This document shows, piece after piece, positions 47,733 through 57,329 of a DNA stretch of 64,000 nt. The DNA is from Candidatus Thorarchaeota archaeon. GTDB lineage: Archaea; Asgardarchaeota; Thorarchaeia; Thorarchaeales; Thorarchaeaceae. The notes under the pieces were generated by a model. That model saw only the letters and a program-made list of their open reading frames with translations. It searched no databases and was not told the DNA's origin. The position numbers were made by a program, and so were the translations under genes. The stretch spans positions 54,025-118,024 of the forward strand of contig RDNZ01000001.1 of NCBI GenBank assembly GCA_011364905.1, in the 5' to 3' direction. Every line of letters starts with the position of its first letter. Position 1 is the stretch's first letter.

Positions 47733-50114
47733 ATGGCGATTGAAAAGCATCGTTCAGCTTGCGCGTTGAACTGCCCCGACATTTGTGCTTATGTAGTCCA
47801 TGTTGAGGATGGCAAGATTGTAAGACTGGATGGAGACCCCGAGCATCCATATACACTTGGACGATGCTGCCCAAAGGGCTACGCACACGTTCTCAGAATG
47901 TATTATGATGACAGGTTGCTTTATCCTCAAAAGAAGCAGCCTGACGGGTCATTCAAGCGTATATCTTGGTACGAAGCCTTAGATGAGATCGCACATAAGA
48001 TGAAGACCGCCAGAGATGACTTTGGACCACAGAGTGTGGGGATATATTCAGGGTCAGGTAATGATGGAATGGCTCCCCGATACGCAGCGAGGTTCGCCAA
48101 TGCATTTGGCTGCAGATTGATACCAGGCATAGTCGAGATTTGTTTTGAGGGAGCATATGAAGGCGCGCGATTCAATGTAGGTCCATTCCCTCCACATGAG
48201 CTATCAGATTGGGCTAACTCAAAATGCATTGTGATATGGGGAACCAACAAATTCGAATCGAGTATCCACTGCAAACGAATCATCCAAGAAGCCATCGATA
48301 GTGGTGCGAAATTAATTGTCATTGATCCAAGAAGGACACCCTATGCAAAGGTTGCAGATGTTTATACAACTATAAGACCTGGAACTGATGGTGCTTTGGC
48401 TTTGGGGATAGCTAATGAAATAATTAGGAGAGACCTCTACGACCATGAGTTCGTTAAAAGACATGTTCATGGTTTTGAGGAATTCCGAAGCCGCGTATCC
48501 GAATATGATACCAGACAGGTGAGTAAAATCACCTGGGTTGAGGAGAGTACAATTCGGGAGATAGCTAGGATATTTGCTACACATGGACCAGCCCTCATCA
48601 CAACTGCTCCTGCAGGCATGAATCATTACACTAATGGTACCTGGGCTGCAAGAGCAGTTCATAGTCTCTTGGCAGTCTGCGGATATCTTGGAGTTTCAGG
48701 AGGAGGATTTCAATATCTTTCGTCAGATAACAGTCCCTTTAACGGCGCTGCAGTTGCCTTGCCTGAGCTTCTGGATTCTTCGGTGAAACCTGTCGTTCCA
48801 TCAGGCACATATGTACCAGATTACGTTTTGCGACAGGAGGAAAGCCCGCTTAAGGTGTTTGTAATTCAAGCCGCGAGTCCGATGACGCAGTGGCCTAACA
48901 CAAACAAGACAAAGAAGGCATTAGATAAGATACCATTCAAAGTGTGCATTGATCTCGAGATGACTGATACTGCTAGGCTCTGTGACATTGTTCTTCCAGC
49001 GACATTCATTTTCGAGCATCACAACCTTGTACATTCCGAGTTGCATAGAATTGTACAATATGCACCAAAGCTTGTTGAGCCATTGGGGGAAGCAAAGAGC
49101 GAATTGGATATTTGGAGGGGTATCGCTGAGCGAATTGGTATTGGAGATCACTTCCAGCTGAGTGAATTGAATGCGATAAGACTAGCCCTTCAGAGTGAGG
49201 ATTGTCGAGATATAACATTAGAGAAACTAATCGAAAAGCCAGAAGGGATAAGGACACGAAGTGAGGCCATTCCTTTTTCGGATGGAAAATTCGGAACGCG
49301 AACTGGATGGATTCATCTATATTCCTCTGAACTTGAAGAACAAGGATTGGACCCCTTGCCTTTTCATCAGGAACCACTGGAAAGTCCAATCTCAACTCCT
49401 TGGCTAGTTGAGGAGTATCCACTTATGATGATAACCGGCAGGTTGAGGGAGCGACTTCACTCACAGTATACTACTGTTGAGATTGGCGGCACTGTAAAGA
49501 GCTATGCTCACTGTACGACATGCAAGAAATGTGTTGAAGGATGCCCCGATGAAGCTATCACTTTGACTGAACCCAGCGTTGATACAATCCAACGGAACGC
49601 AGAGTCTGCACCGCAAGAACCTGCAAGACTCAGAAAGAAGCTTGGCGAATTGGTGGGAGAATTAGCTGTACGTGTTTCTGACGAGCAGCTCCATATTCCG
49701 AAGGAAATCACAGGTCTTCTTGTTCCTGTGTGGGACTCCGAAAAATGTATTGGTTGCAGAGAGTGTGCCCTCGATATTTGTCCGTACGAGGTAGTGACAG
49801 AGCCAATAAGAATACTAACAAGAGAGGATGTTGGTGTACACAGAGCCTTCCTGCGCATGCACCCTGAAACAGCAGATACCTTGGGTCTTAGAGAAGGAGA
49901 TCGTGTTGATGTTGAGTCCAAGCGTGGGACTGTGAAGAGCATGAAACTCGTTTTGACTCCAGATATTGATCCGAGAGTGGTTTGGTCATCAGACGGGTGG
50001 TGGCAGGATGATGGCAATATTAACCTCTTGACCGATGACATGCATACGGCTTTTGGACATACTCCGGGATTCAACTCAGTCCTTGTCAATGTTAAGAAAG
50101 CGCTCCACCAATAA
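47733..50114 (+). CDS. Molybdopterin (MopB-family) oxidoreductase catalytic subunit. It has an N-terminal 4Fe-4S domain and an unusual internal 2x[4Fe-4S] ferredoxin-like insertion ahead of the C-terminal molybdopterin-binding barrel.
   Basis: The N-terminal Cys cluster is CALNCPDICAY...RCCPKG. The insertion clusters are CTTCKKCVEGCP and CIGCRECALDICP (about residues 590-660). The C-terminal barrel is VDVESKRGTVKSMKLVLTPDIDPRVVW. Length 793 aa. Confidence 0.8.
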   Translation: MAIEKHRSACALNCPDICAYVVHVEDGKIVRLDGDPEHPYTLGRCCPKGYAHVLRMYYDDRLLYPQKKQPDGSFKRISWYEALDEIAHKMKTARDDFGPQSVGIYSGSGNDGMAPRYAARFANAFGCRLIPGIVEICFEGAYEGARFNVGPFPPHELSDWANSKCIVIWGTNKFESSIHCKRIIQEAIDSGAKLIVIDPRRTPYAKVADVYTTIRPGTDGALALGIANEIIRRDLYDHEFVKRHVHGFEEFRSRVSEYDTRQVSKITWVEESTIREIARIFATHGPALITTAPAGMNHYTNGTWAARAVHSLLAVCGYLGVSGGGFQYLSSDNSPFNGAAVALPELLDSSVKPVVPSGTYVPDYVLRQEESPLKVFVIQAASPMTQWPNTNKTKKALDKIPFKVCIDLEMTDTARLCDIVLPATFIFEHHNLVHSELHRIVQYAPKLVEPLGEAKSELDIWRGIAERIGIGDHFQLSELNAIRLALQSEDCRDITLEKLIEKPEGIRTRSEAIPFSDGKFGTRTGWIHLYSSELEEQGLDPLPFHQEPLESPISTPWLVEEYPLMMITGRLRERLHSQYTTVEIGGTVKSYAHCTTCKKCVEGCPDEAITLTEPSVDTIQRNAESAPQEPARLRKKLGELVGELAVRVSDEQLHIPKEITGLLVPVWDSEKCIGCRECALDICPYEVVTEPIRILTREDVGVHRAFLRMHPETADTLGLREGDRVDVESKRGTVKSMKLVLTPDIDPRVVWSSDGWWQDDGNINLLTDDMHTAFGHTPGFNSVLVNVKKALHQ

Positions 50115-50311
50115 AAGCGACGATTAAGTGTTTTGGAGATAGAGGGAAGTTCAGTCGACTGCGAGAACTATTATCAGAAAAACAGAACAGCGGCAATAAA
50201 AGAGTAGATTGTTCTGCAGAAATATGGGTATTAAGGCACTCGTGATTGATTAAGCCGGAACATCATGGAGAAGTAGAAAGATTGACTTCTTCTCAAAAAT
50301 CGAGTCGATTC

Positions 50312-50917
50312 TCATTGGTGCTTTCTCAGTCTTATTGAGTTCCAAGCTAGCAGTCCAACGAAAACCAGTGATCCAAAAACGGTATACCATTCAATCAGCG
50401 GGCCCCTTAGTGTCAGTGCAAATCCAAGACTAGAGAGGGTGACAGCAAGTCCATATATTCCAACGAGTCGGTTGAACTTGGAATTCAAAAAGAGCGCAAT
50501 AGTGATGATGATGAGCACAAAAAAGTTGAGCAAGAAGAAATCGCCAGAAGCGGTCATATGTGGCTCTCCCGTGTTTTCAGAAAAAACCCCAATAGCCATT
50601 AGAGCAAATCCTGAAGCTACACCTAGCACTTGGCCAATCACCATGATTGCTTTCTGAATGTTACTTTCAGTATACCAGTCCTTCAGACTGAGAAAGAAAG
50701 GTACAAGGGTAATGCCTGTTAAGATACAGCCAATATTGTAGAAGTAGCCTCCGAAGGGACTGTGATTGAGGTTCCCCAAACGACTCAGGTAGTTGGTAAT
50801 AGGACCATAAGGCTCTGGGTAGAAAGCCCATGAAACAAGAGTGAACACACAATAGAATAGAATGACCAAGAATCCACTGATTGTGGTCAATGGATAGTTT
50901 CGAATATTAAAACCCAT
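50312..50917 (-). CDS. Hypothetical integral membrane protein (6 TM helices).
   Basis: Six hydrophobic helices. No motif recognised. Confidence 0.45.
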   Translation of the reverse strand: MGFNIRNYPLTTISGFLVILFYCVFTLVSWAFYPEPYGPITNYLSRLGNLNHSPFGGYFYNIGCILTGITLVPFFLSLKDWYTESNIQKAIMVIGQVLGVASGFALMAIGVFSENTGEPHMTASGDFFLLNFFVLIIITIALFLNSKFNRLVGIYGLAVTLSSLGFALTLRGPLIEWYTVFGSLVFVGLLAWNSIRLRKHQ

Positions 50918-50957
50918 GGTATTCTAGGTGCAATTCGTCCTAATTAAACTACATTAC

Positions 50958-52217
50958 TCAGAGAACAGGAACAGATATGAGAAATGCCGCGCCTTTTCGC
51001 TCCTTCTCATCAAGAAGCTCAATAGTTCCGCCATATGACTCAACAATTCTTTTCGAGAGATAGAGACCAAGTCCTTTTCCTTCGCCTTTTGTAGTAACGC
51101 CTTTCTGGAAAATCTTTGGCCGAATGCTTGGTTCGATACCAGGACCATTATCTCGATATGTGATTATCAGCTGTTTCTCAACAAGTCCCAACCGAATTGT
51201 TACCACTGCGTTCGAGCCAACATAGTCAGCTGTGTTCCGAAGAAGGTTTTCTAACACAAGCGGCAGCAGAATCCCTGGACGTATATCAGCTGAACGAATG
51301 TCAGGTTCAATCACGATGCTGACCTTAGCGGCACTACTAGCCTGCTTAGCCCTGTCAGCCAAAGTCTGAACGGTTTCGAGAAAGTCGTATTCACTCGCTC
51401 GACCAACAACAGAAAATAGCTTGATGACGCGGGACATTCTTTCACTAACAGCAATCGACGTTGAGAGATATGATTCTTGATCCGGTGGAAGATTCAACTT
51501 CTGATGCAATAACTCGACAAGACCTCTCACAATCTGCATATCATTCCCTAAATCATGTGTGAGAACTGATGTGTATACTTCTAGCTCCCGTTGACGCTGC
51601 TCAAGGAACTGCTTATGTTCTTCAAGCTCCGATACATAATAATTTACAGACCAATTCAAAATGAGCACAACGAGAGACAGAGCCGCCTGGTCAATTATTG
51701 GTTCTAACGCTATCATAAAATCGATACTAGGATGAACATTGCAGTAGATGACGAGTCCCAGAGTTTGTCCTGTAATGAATACCCCTTCGATCTTAGCACT
51801 AAGCCATTGACTACCAAATAAGGCAGCGATAACTGGCCAAATGATTAAGTTCAACGACATCCTCATTGGTGATCTATTGAACATCACCAGAAGGAAGAGA
51901 TAAGGCATGGTTGCCATACTTAAAGTCGTAATCACACCTGCTGCTACGACATACTTGGTGCGGCTTAGGAGATAAATAGCAAGGAAAATGCCTGTCGCAC
52001 TTAAGAAAAGGAGAAGATTACTGAACAGAATACCAAGCCCAATTTGGACAATTGGCAGAACAATCACTATCAACAGCAGTGCAAATGAAAGAAGACGGGC
52101 CTTCATTCTCAATATATCAGAATGGACTAATTCTGATGGCTCAACCAGGATTTGGCGAACTCTCTGAGATATTGTGACAGTATTCGAATGAGGTTCGTCA
52201 TCTGCCATTCTCAACAT
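50958..52217 (-). CDS. Sensor histidine kinase with an N-terminal 5-6 TM helix membrane domain. No cognate response regulator is adjacent.
   Basis: H-box VLTHDLGNDMQ. N/G boxes LENLLRNTADY, DNGPGIEPS and GKGLGLYLSKRIVESYGGTIEL. Confidence 0.75.
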   Translation of the reverse strand: MLRMADDEPHSNTVTISQRVRQILVEPSELVHSDILRMKARLLSFALLLIVIVLPIVQIGLGILFSNLLLFLSATGIFLAIYLLSRTKYVVAAGVITTLSMATMPYLFLLVMFNRSPMRMSLNLIIWPVIAALFGSQWLSAKIEGVFITGQTLGLVIYCNVHPSIDFMIALEPIIDQAALSLVVLILNWSVNYYVSELEEHKQFLEQRQRELEVYTSVLTHDLGNDMQIVRGLVELLHQKLNLPPDQESYLSTSIAVSERMSRVIKLFSVVGRASEYDFLETVQTLADRAKQASSAAKVSIVIEPDIRSADIRPGILLPLVLENLLRNTADYVGSNAVVTIRLGLVEKQLIITYRDNGPGIEPSIRPKIFQKGVTTKGEGKGLGLYLSKRIVESYGGTIELLDEKERKGAAFLISVPVL

Positions 52218-52369
52218 ATCCGAATTTTTCAGCGTGAATTCTCACTTAAATAAGACATGTAAGGTTTGGTGGGTTGTGTTAATGTGTATTTGACTAATCA
52301 ATACGAAGAGAAAGACGAATAGAGAATGCGTCGTAGATTAGTTGCTATTTTTGGTTTCCATACTCCTCC

Positions 52370-54010
52370 TTAATCCTTGAGAAGTTTCGGTACATACTTC
52401 CAAACAACTGCAACCAAGATAGCCACAATGATTGCTTGGCTCAAGAGGCTAGCAATTTGCATCCCTGTGAAGAGCATCACTGCCCCATAACCTACAAGGG
52501 GAGCAATTCCAACAATCGCCCCCACAGCGGCAGAAACAAGACCCATAGCTTGATCTGATGCCACATTGACAGCGACAGCTCGGCCACCACCTCGCATACG
52601 AAAGACAGTTCCACCTACTGCCATACCAACTATGTATCCGCAGGGTATCTGAATAATAGGTATCAATAGGATGAGTGGAGTTATTGGGTTGTTGATTAGA
52701 ACAATGAGGTCAATTGCGACCATGCTCAAAACATAAGGCACGAGTACGATTGAAGTCTTGCTTTGAAGGACGAGCCTTGAGCTTATCGGAAGTCCTTCAT
52801 GTATGGACGCTCCTTGTGTGTCGAACATAAGAATTGATACAAGAGAGATTCCTCCGAATAGATTGGCATATTCAACCGCAGCGAGCGTTGTTATGCTGCG
52901 TAGAAATCCTGCATCATCTTTCCAATTTTGGATCATTGGAAACAGCATTATGACAAGGAAAATTGGAATAGCAAAAACAAATGCGGATCCGATGTTCCTG
53001 GTTGCCAATTTTAGGTCTTTTCGAATCATAGCTCTAAGTGGTGTAGTGGAATCGATTGCTATCTCCCGCTCTGAGATGATTTGACTTGTAGAAACTCCGC
53101 TAATCGTTACTTCTCTAAGTGATTTTCCACTCCTACGATATGCCACGATCGCAATGAGGGTATAGAATCCTGTACCTATTGTTGAAGTAAGAAGAACACT
53201 TGAGGATGTGGGAAAGGCAATTGATGCTGCAAGAAAACCATATGAAAATGGAAAAATCAAAGATAGAATAGAGAAGGCGGTCTCACCCCAAACAGATGAG
53301 AGCTGAGTTATGAATAATATCATGCCAGGAAGATAACTGCTGAGACCATAGACACTGATCATACCGATGACAATACCAAGAGAAGCAGCAATCCTAACAA
53401 AAGCGGAGCTTCTCGATTCATCTGATGAATGAGATTTCTTGTGGAACCATTTTGATATCCCAATCAATGCCCCTATGGCAATCGAAACAGTGCTTGCGCA
53501 TGCAACAAGAGCAATTAGTGAAACCAAGGGTCCGAATATAATGAGGCTGCCAATTGGAAAAATGGTCAGAGATAGAATCACAGGCGCAAAGAAGACCCGA
53601 GCGAAAGTCATGAATGAAAGTTGTTCGAGGTCAGCCTTGCTAAGAGGCAAGGTGGCAGGTAGACTCATTACGCCTGATGAGATCAATCCAGTTGTTGAGG
53701 TGAGATTAAGAAAGAATACAACTACAAAACTGAGTGCCAAATACACAGCAAAACCTACAGCTAAGCGAGGTCCCGGATTTCCAAGAGAAACATCGAATGC
53801 AGACGCGGCAAGAGCAATTATAGCTATCATCGAAAGTATCATCGATGTCATGATATAGCTAATACGGCTCGATGACTTGATTGACCGGGAAATCTTTTCA
53901 GGATTCTCCTTAATACGAGCAAGGTTAGATGGATTCATCTCTAAAAAAGCTTGAAATCGGGACTCTCGTGCAACCACCCCAGCAAGTTTCCAACACTCTG
54001 AGAATTTCAT
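52370..54010 (-). CDS. ABC transporter permease, polytopic (10 or more TM helices).
   Basis: Hydrophobic throughout. It overlaps the upstream ATPase gene by 4 nt (ATGA), giving an operon structure. Confidence 0.65.
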   Translation of the reverse strand: MKFSECWKLAGVVARESRFQAFLEMNPSNLARIKENPEKISRSIKSSSRISYIMTSMILSMIAIIALAASAFDVSLGNPGPRLAVGFAVYLALSFVVVFFLNLTSTTGLISSGVMSLPATLPLSKADLEQLSFMTFARVFFAPVILSLTIFPIGSLIIFGPLVSLIALVACASTVSIAIGALIGISKWFHKKSHSSDESRSSAFVRIAASLGIVIGMISVYGLSSYLPGMILFITQLSSVWGETAFSILSLIFPFSYGFLAASIAFPTSSSVLLTSTIGTGFYTLIAIVAYRRSGKSLREVTISGVSTSQIISEREIAIDSTTPLRAMIRKDLKLATRNIGSAFVFAIPIFLVIMLFPMIQNWKDDAGFLRSITTLAAVEYANLFGGISLVSILMFDTQGASIHEGLPISSRLVLQSKTSIVLVPYVLSMVAIDLIVLINNPITPLILLIPIIQIPCGYIVGMAVGGTVFRMRGGGRAVAVNVASDQAMGLVSAAVGAIVGIAPLVGYGAVMLFTGMQIASLLSQAIIVAILVAVVWKYVPKLLKD

Positions 54011-54798
54011 TCAGCGAGTGCCTCCCTAATGACAGACACTCCTTCTTCAACTTCTTCCTCTTGTTCTGTTAGTTTTAGGAAAAGACTCTCAAGTGTTGCA
54101 CCATCTTTGTGAGCTCTTGAACGAAGCTCGTCTAAAGTTCCTTCTGCAATCAAAAGACCCTCATCAATTATTCCAACACGGTCACAGAGACCTTGGGCCA
54201 CCTCCATAACATGCGTGCTGAGTAAGACTGATCCCCCATTTTCCGCATGAATCCTGACGATATCCTTCATGATTTTGGCTGAACGAACGTCCAATCCCGA
54301 GAAGGGTTCATCGAGTATCAGTAGTTTAGGTGCATGCAGTAAGGCGGCAATAAGCATCGTTTTCTGCTTGTTTCCCTGTGAAAGCGTCACAATCATCTTG
54401 TCATAGTGCTGGCTAAAATCAAGGGCCTTGGCGAACTCCTTTGCTCTCTTACTGGCTTTATCCGAAGGTAGTTGCCGTATTGAGGCAACAAAATCAAAAA
54501 GCTCACGAGGTGTTAATGAGTCGTACAACTGCTGCTCCTCAGGTACATATCCAACCATGCGTTTTACCTCTACAGGATTATCCGTAGAGTCGATTCCAAA
54601 CACGGTAGCAAGGCCAGAATCGGGATCCAGGAGACCCATGATCATTTTGATCGTTGTAGACTTTCCAGCCCCATTAGGTCCAAGCAGACCATAAATCTCG
54701 CCCTCGCGAACATCAAGTGAGAGCTCACTGACTGCAATCAGATCCCCAAAGGTCTTCACTAGATGCTCCAATTTAACCGCAGACATTTTTTTCTTCAA
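54007..54798 (-). CDS. ABC transporter ATP-binding protein.
   Basis: Walker A GPNGAGKST. Signature LSQGNKQK. Walker B LLILDEPFSGLD. H-loop STHVME. Confidence 0.9.
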   Translation of the reverse strand: MKKKMSAVKLEHLVKTFGDLIAVSELSLDVREGEIYGLLGPNGAGKSTTIKMIMGLLDPDSGLATVFGIDSTDNPVEVKRMVGYVPEEQQLYDSLTPRELFDFVASIRQLPSDKASKRAKEFAKALDFSQHYDKMIVTLSQGNKQKTMLIAALLHAPKLLILDEPFSGLDVRSAKIMKDIVRIHAENGGSVLLSTHVMEVAQGLCDRVGIIDEGLLIAEGTLDELRSRAHKDGATLESLFLKLTEQEEEVEEGVSVIREALAE

Positions 54799-54885
54799 AC
54801 TCCATTCTTATGCTAAAGAGACTCTCAGATGCGTATTCTCTTCGGGAGAATATATAATGTTTAATAACTACGCGAGAAATCATAA

Positions 54886-55338
54886 TCAAAGGCCCTCCAA
54901 TTCGTCTTGCTCGTAGCTATCGCCTCTTAGTTTCACTCTCCTTTTGACAAAGGTCCAGTAGCTGTAGAATACAATCCATCCAATTGACGGGATTGCTGCA
55001 AGGAGAAAGAACGCAGGCGCAGCAAAAAAGAAGTAGATGGTAATCAAACTCAGCATAAGTACATTGATCACCCAAGCTCTTCGTTGCCAACCGTAATTTG
55101 ATACGACAGCCACTGCACGAAGAGCAGCAAAGCCTCTCGCATTCAAAGTGTAAAGCCCGTCCTTGTCGGTGGTCACAACGGCTTGCATCTTCTTGAGATG
55201 AAAATCTAGGAGACCGTTACTTTTGATTCTCAAGGTCCGTTTCAGATCTGCAAACCTGAGAGGCTTATTTGCTAGTTCTTTCAAGATAGCGATTCTCATT
55301 GGATGCGAGATTGCTTCGAATACTTCATCCGAGGTCAT
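54886..55338 (-). CDS. ArsR-family winged-helix regulator fused to a C-terminal two-helix membrane domain. It is the first gene of the ABC exporter operon.
   Basis: The HTH is SHPMRIAILKELANKPLRFADLKRTL. The C-terminal TM helices are VINVLMLSLITIYFFFAAPAFFLLAAIPSIGWIVFYSYW. Confidence 0.7.
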   Translation of the reverse strand: MTSDEVFEAISHPMRIAILKELANKPLRFADLKRTLRIKSNGLLDFHLKKMQAVVTTDKDGLYTLNARGFAALRAVAVVSNYGWQRRAWVINVLMLSLITIYFFFAAPAFFLLAAIPSIGWIVFYSYWTFVKRRVKLRGDSYEQDELEGL

Positions 55339-55382
55339 TTTTCTTCACTCAAAACATGGGCATGATTTGATATAATCCTACG

Positions 55383-55406
55383 GTCATTGACTGCCCAGTC
55401 AATGAC
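55383..55406. promoter_or_regulatory. Perfect 11-bp inverted repeat GTCATTGACTG-cc-CAGTCAATGAC, immediately upstream of the TATA-like TTATATC of the ArsR-TM regulator / ABC operon. Candidate autoregulatory operator.
   Basis: Seen directly in the sequence. The palindrome lies 45-68 nt upstream of the ATG at 55338. The TATA-like gatataat is at 55366-55373. Confidence 0.45.
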
Positions 55407-55654
55407 TGTTGACTATCTATTTGAGGACAATTATCTCATTTTCACAGGTTTTTAGATAATAGTGTGTTTGTCAGGATGTTTCTATTGAAACCTGATGATG
55501 TATGTACCCTTCACTCACGGGTCGGGACCACTTTCTTATATCGCGAGAAACCTCAAGCTGACATCAGGCCGTACTTTCCCTTAATGCTGACCGACGGCAT
55601 CTGGTTATCAGAAATGTTGACATACAAATTAAATACTGGAGGAGATTCCGAGCA

Positions 55655-55915
55655 TTGGGAGATGTGTTGGCAATACGTTCTGCTGTACTCATGCTTGTCT
55701 TAATGTCGGTCGTGATTGTACCTTCCATTCATACTGCTGAAACTTTTGACTTCAGTGATTCTGAGTGGGGGTTTGAGGAGGGGAGCAAGTTCAATTACAC
55801 TCTAAGAATGAGGATGCCACTCTTTGACATTGACATTTTGGAAAAAGTCACAGTAATAATAGAGTACGCGCCATCGCCACTCACAACAATTTCTTCTACC
55901 AGCTGCGAGCTGTAG
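55655..55915 (+). CDS. Possible small secreted protein (86 aa) within a 757-bp otherwise non-coding gap.
   Basis: The N-terminus MGDVLAIRSAVLMLVLMSVVIVPSIHTAETF looks like a signal peptide. No homology recognised; it may be spurious. Confidence 0.25.
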   Translation: MGDVLAIRSAVLMLVLMSVVIVPSIHTAETFDFSDSEWGFEEGSKFNYTLRMRMPLFDIDILEKVTVIIEYAPSPLTTISSTSCEL

Positions 55916-56095
55916 GAGAAACCATCCTTACCATTACTGGCATAGCATACTTCGCACTTGCATTGCGAACAGGACAGGTAACTTGGTCCAAGGCGTCAGA
56001 GTAGTTCGAGGGAGATTGACTCGTCAAAATGTGACGAGAGATGGAAAATAAGAAGAGAAGAGAATGATTCTCTTCTCTTTCAGTTATTCTGAAAA

Positions 56096-57154
56096 CTACC
56101 TTCGCTTTACGACGAAGGCGATGCCAATAACGACGACAGCTCCACCAATGGCAACGGGCAGAAGATTGTCAGCTAGGAATGTAGGAAGTTGGAATCCTCC
56201 AGTAAGAAGAAGGTTCTCAAAACCAATCTTGGGATCATGGATGATTTCGTTGCCCTGTGGATAGTTCAAGTAAATGTCCTGTTCAGTAGCTGATATCTCA
56301 TGAATGCTGGAGTTAACTTGATGAGATACACCGTCAATCATAGCTGTGTCTTTCCAAGAGAAGAATCCATTCACATCAGTCACAGAAACGTCGACTGCAG
56401 ACTCACCAACCGCTCGACCATCCTCTTCATCTTCTGTTACGCCATCATAGGAGGCTTCCGATTCTGAACTGAATTCGACTTTCAAAGCCAGCTGAGATGC
56501 GCTCTCAGTGAAGTTGAAACCACGAATCGCGACATCAATCTTCACTTGAGTAGGTGCGATTAATGATCCGTTGATATCAGTGAATGCTCCGGCTGCGTAG
56601 ATCTTGGCTTCAAACACACCATCAGTTGTCACTACATCGAAAACGTGAACTGGTCCATCAGCTGTGTTCTCCACCGTGTAGGCGATAGGATTGAAGCTGT
56701 TGAGCAGCAAGGTTTGGACTCCTGTATCAACATTGTCATCGTAGACACCATTGCCGTTCACATCGAGATATTCAATGAGCTCTTTGAAATTCACCTCGAA
56801 CTCGCGTCCGGTTTCATTGACGCCAGTTTCTGTTTCGAAGCCCACTTTGAATTGAACGCCATCGGATCCTACAACGACTTCGATCTTGAAGGAATCTTCA
56901 GTGCCTCCGGATTCGAGTTGGGACTCTATCTCCGCGGAGAATGCCATGACATTGACATTGACCTCTCGATTGTTGGAATCATCCCCACTGCCATCATCAC
57001 CTGCAGTGTGGGTGTTATCATCAGTAGTTGTGTTGTCATCCACCTGAGTGTTTTCATCTTCTGTGGTGGTCTGAGCTTTGACCCTCACAGCTGTTGTTAG
57101 CACTAAAATGAGCAACATCACAAGGATAGCTTTGTTGCGAGTAGGGTGTTTCAT
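56096..57154 (-). CDS. Secreted acidic (D/E/T/N-rich) cell-surface protein with a C-terminal TM anchor.
   Basis: Signal peptide MKHPTRNKAILVMLLILVLTTAVRVKA. Low-complexity DDNTTTDDNTHTAGDDGSGDD. C-terminal helix LLPVAIGGAVVVIGIAFVV followed by KRR. TATA-like TTATATAC about 32 nt upstream. Confidence 0.6.
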   Translation of the reverse strand: MKHPTRNKAILVMLLILVLTTAVRVKAQTTTEDENTQVDDNTTTDDNTHTAGDDGSGDDSNNREVNVNVMAFSAEIESQLESGGTEDSFKIEVVVGSDGVQFKVGFETETGVNETGREFEVNFKELIEYLDVNGNGVYDDNVDTGVQTLLLNSFNPIAYTVENTADGPVHVFDVVTTDGVFEAKIYAAGAFTDINGSLIAPTQVKIDVAIRGFNFTESASQLALKVEFSSESEASYDGVTEDEEDGRAVGESAVDVSVTDVNGFFSWKDTAMIDGVSHQVNSSIHEISATEQDIYLNYPQGNEIIHDPKIGFENLLLTGGFQLPTFLADNLLPVAIGGAVVVIGIAFVVKRR

Positions 57155-57221
57155 TGTTTAATCACTGAAACAACAGCCAAGAGTTTGTATATAACCAATG
57201 TTAAGGAACTTTCAATACTGG

Positions 57222-57260
57222 AAGAAAAAAAGAGGCCTCATAACCCTTATTTTCCTCTTT
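57222..57260 (-). terminator. Hairpin (AAAGAGG...CCTCTTT) followed on the minus strand by a T7 tract, downstream of the M24 peptidase gene.
   Basis: 7-bp stem at 57229-57235 and 57254-57260. The plus-strand A-run at 57222-57230 corresponds to U-rich 3' flank of the minus-strand transcript. Confidence 0.35.
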
Positions 57261-57329
57261 AAACCTTCACAACGCTTCGAAACCATTCTTTGCAAGTTCT
57301 TTCACAGGACCAAAGAAAGGCAAAGAGAA

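Noticed and set aside
49508-50089. 193-aa minus-strand ORF inside the molybdopterin oxidoreductase gene
   Set aside because: Antisense to a conserved MopB C-terminal region, with no recognisable features.
47733-50114. Selenocysteine (in-frame TGA) in the molybdoenzyme
   Set aside because: The ORF is continuous with no internal TGA, so any active-site ligand is Cys or another standard residue rather than Sec.
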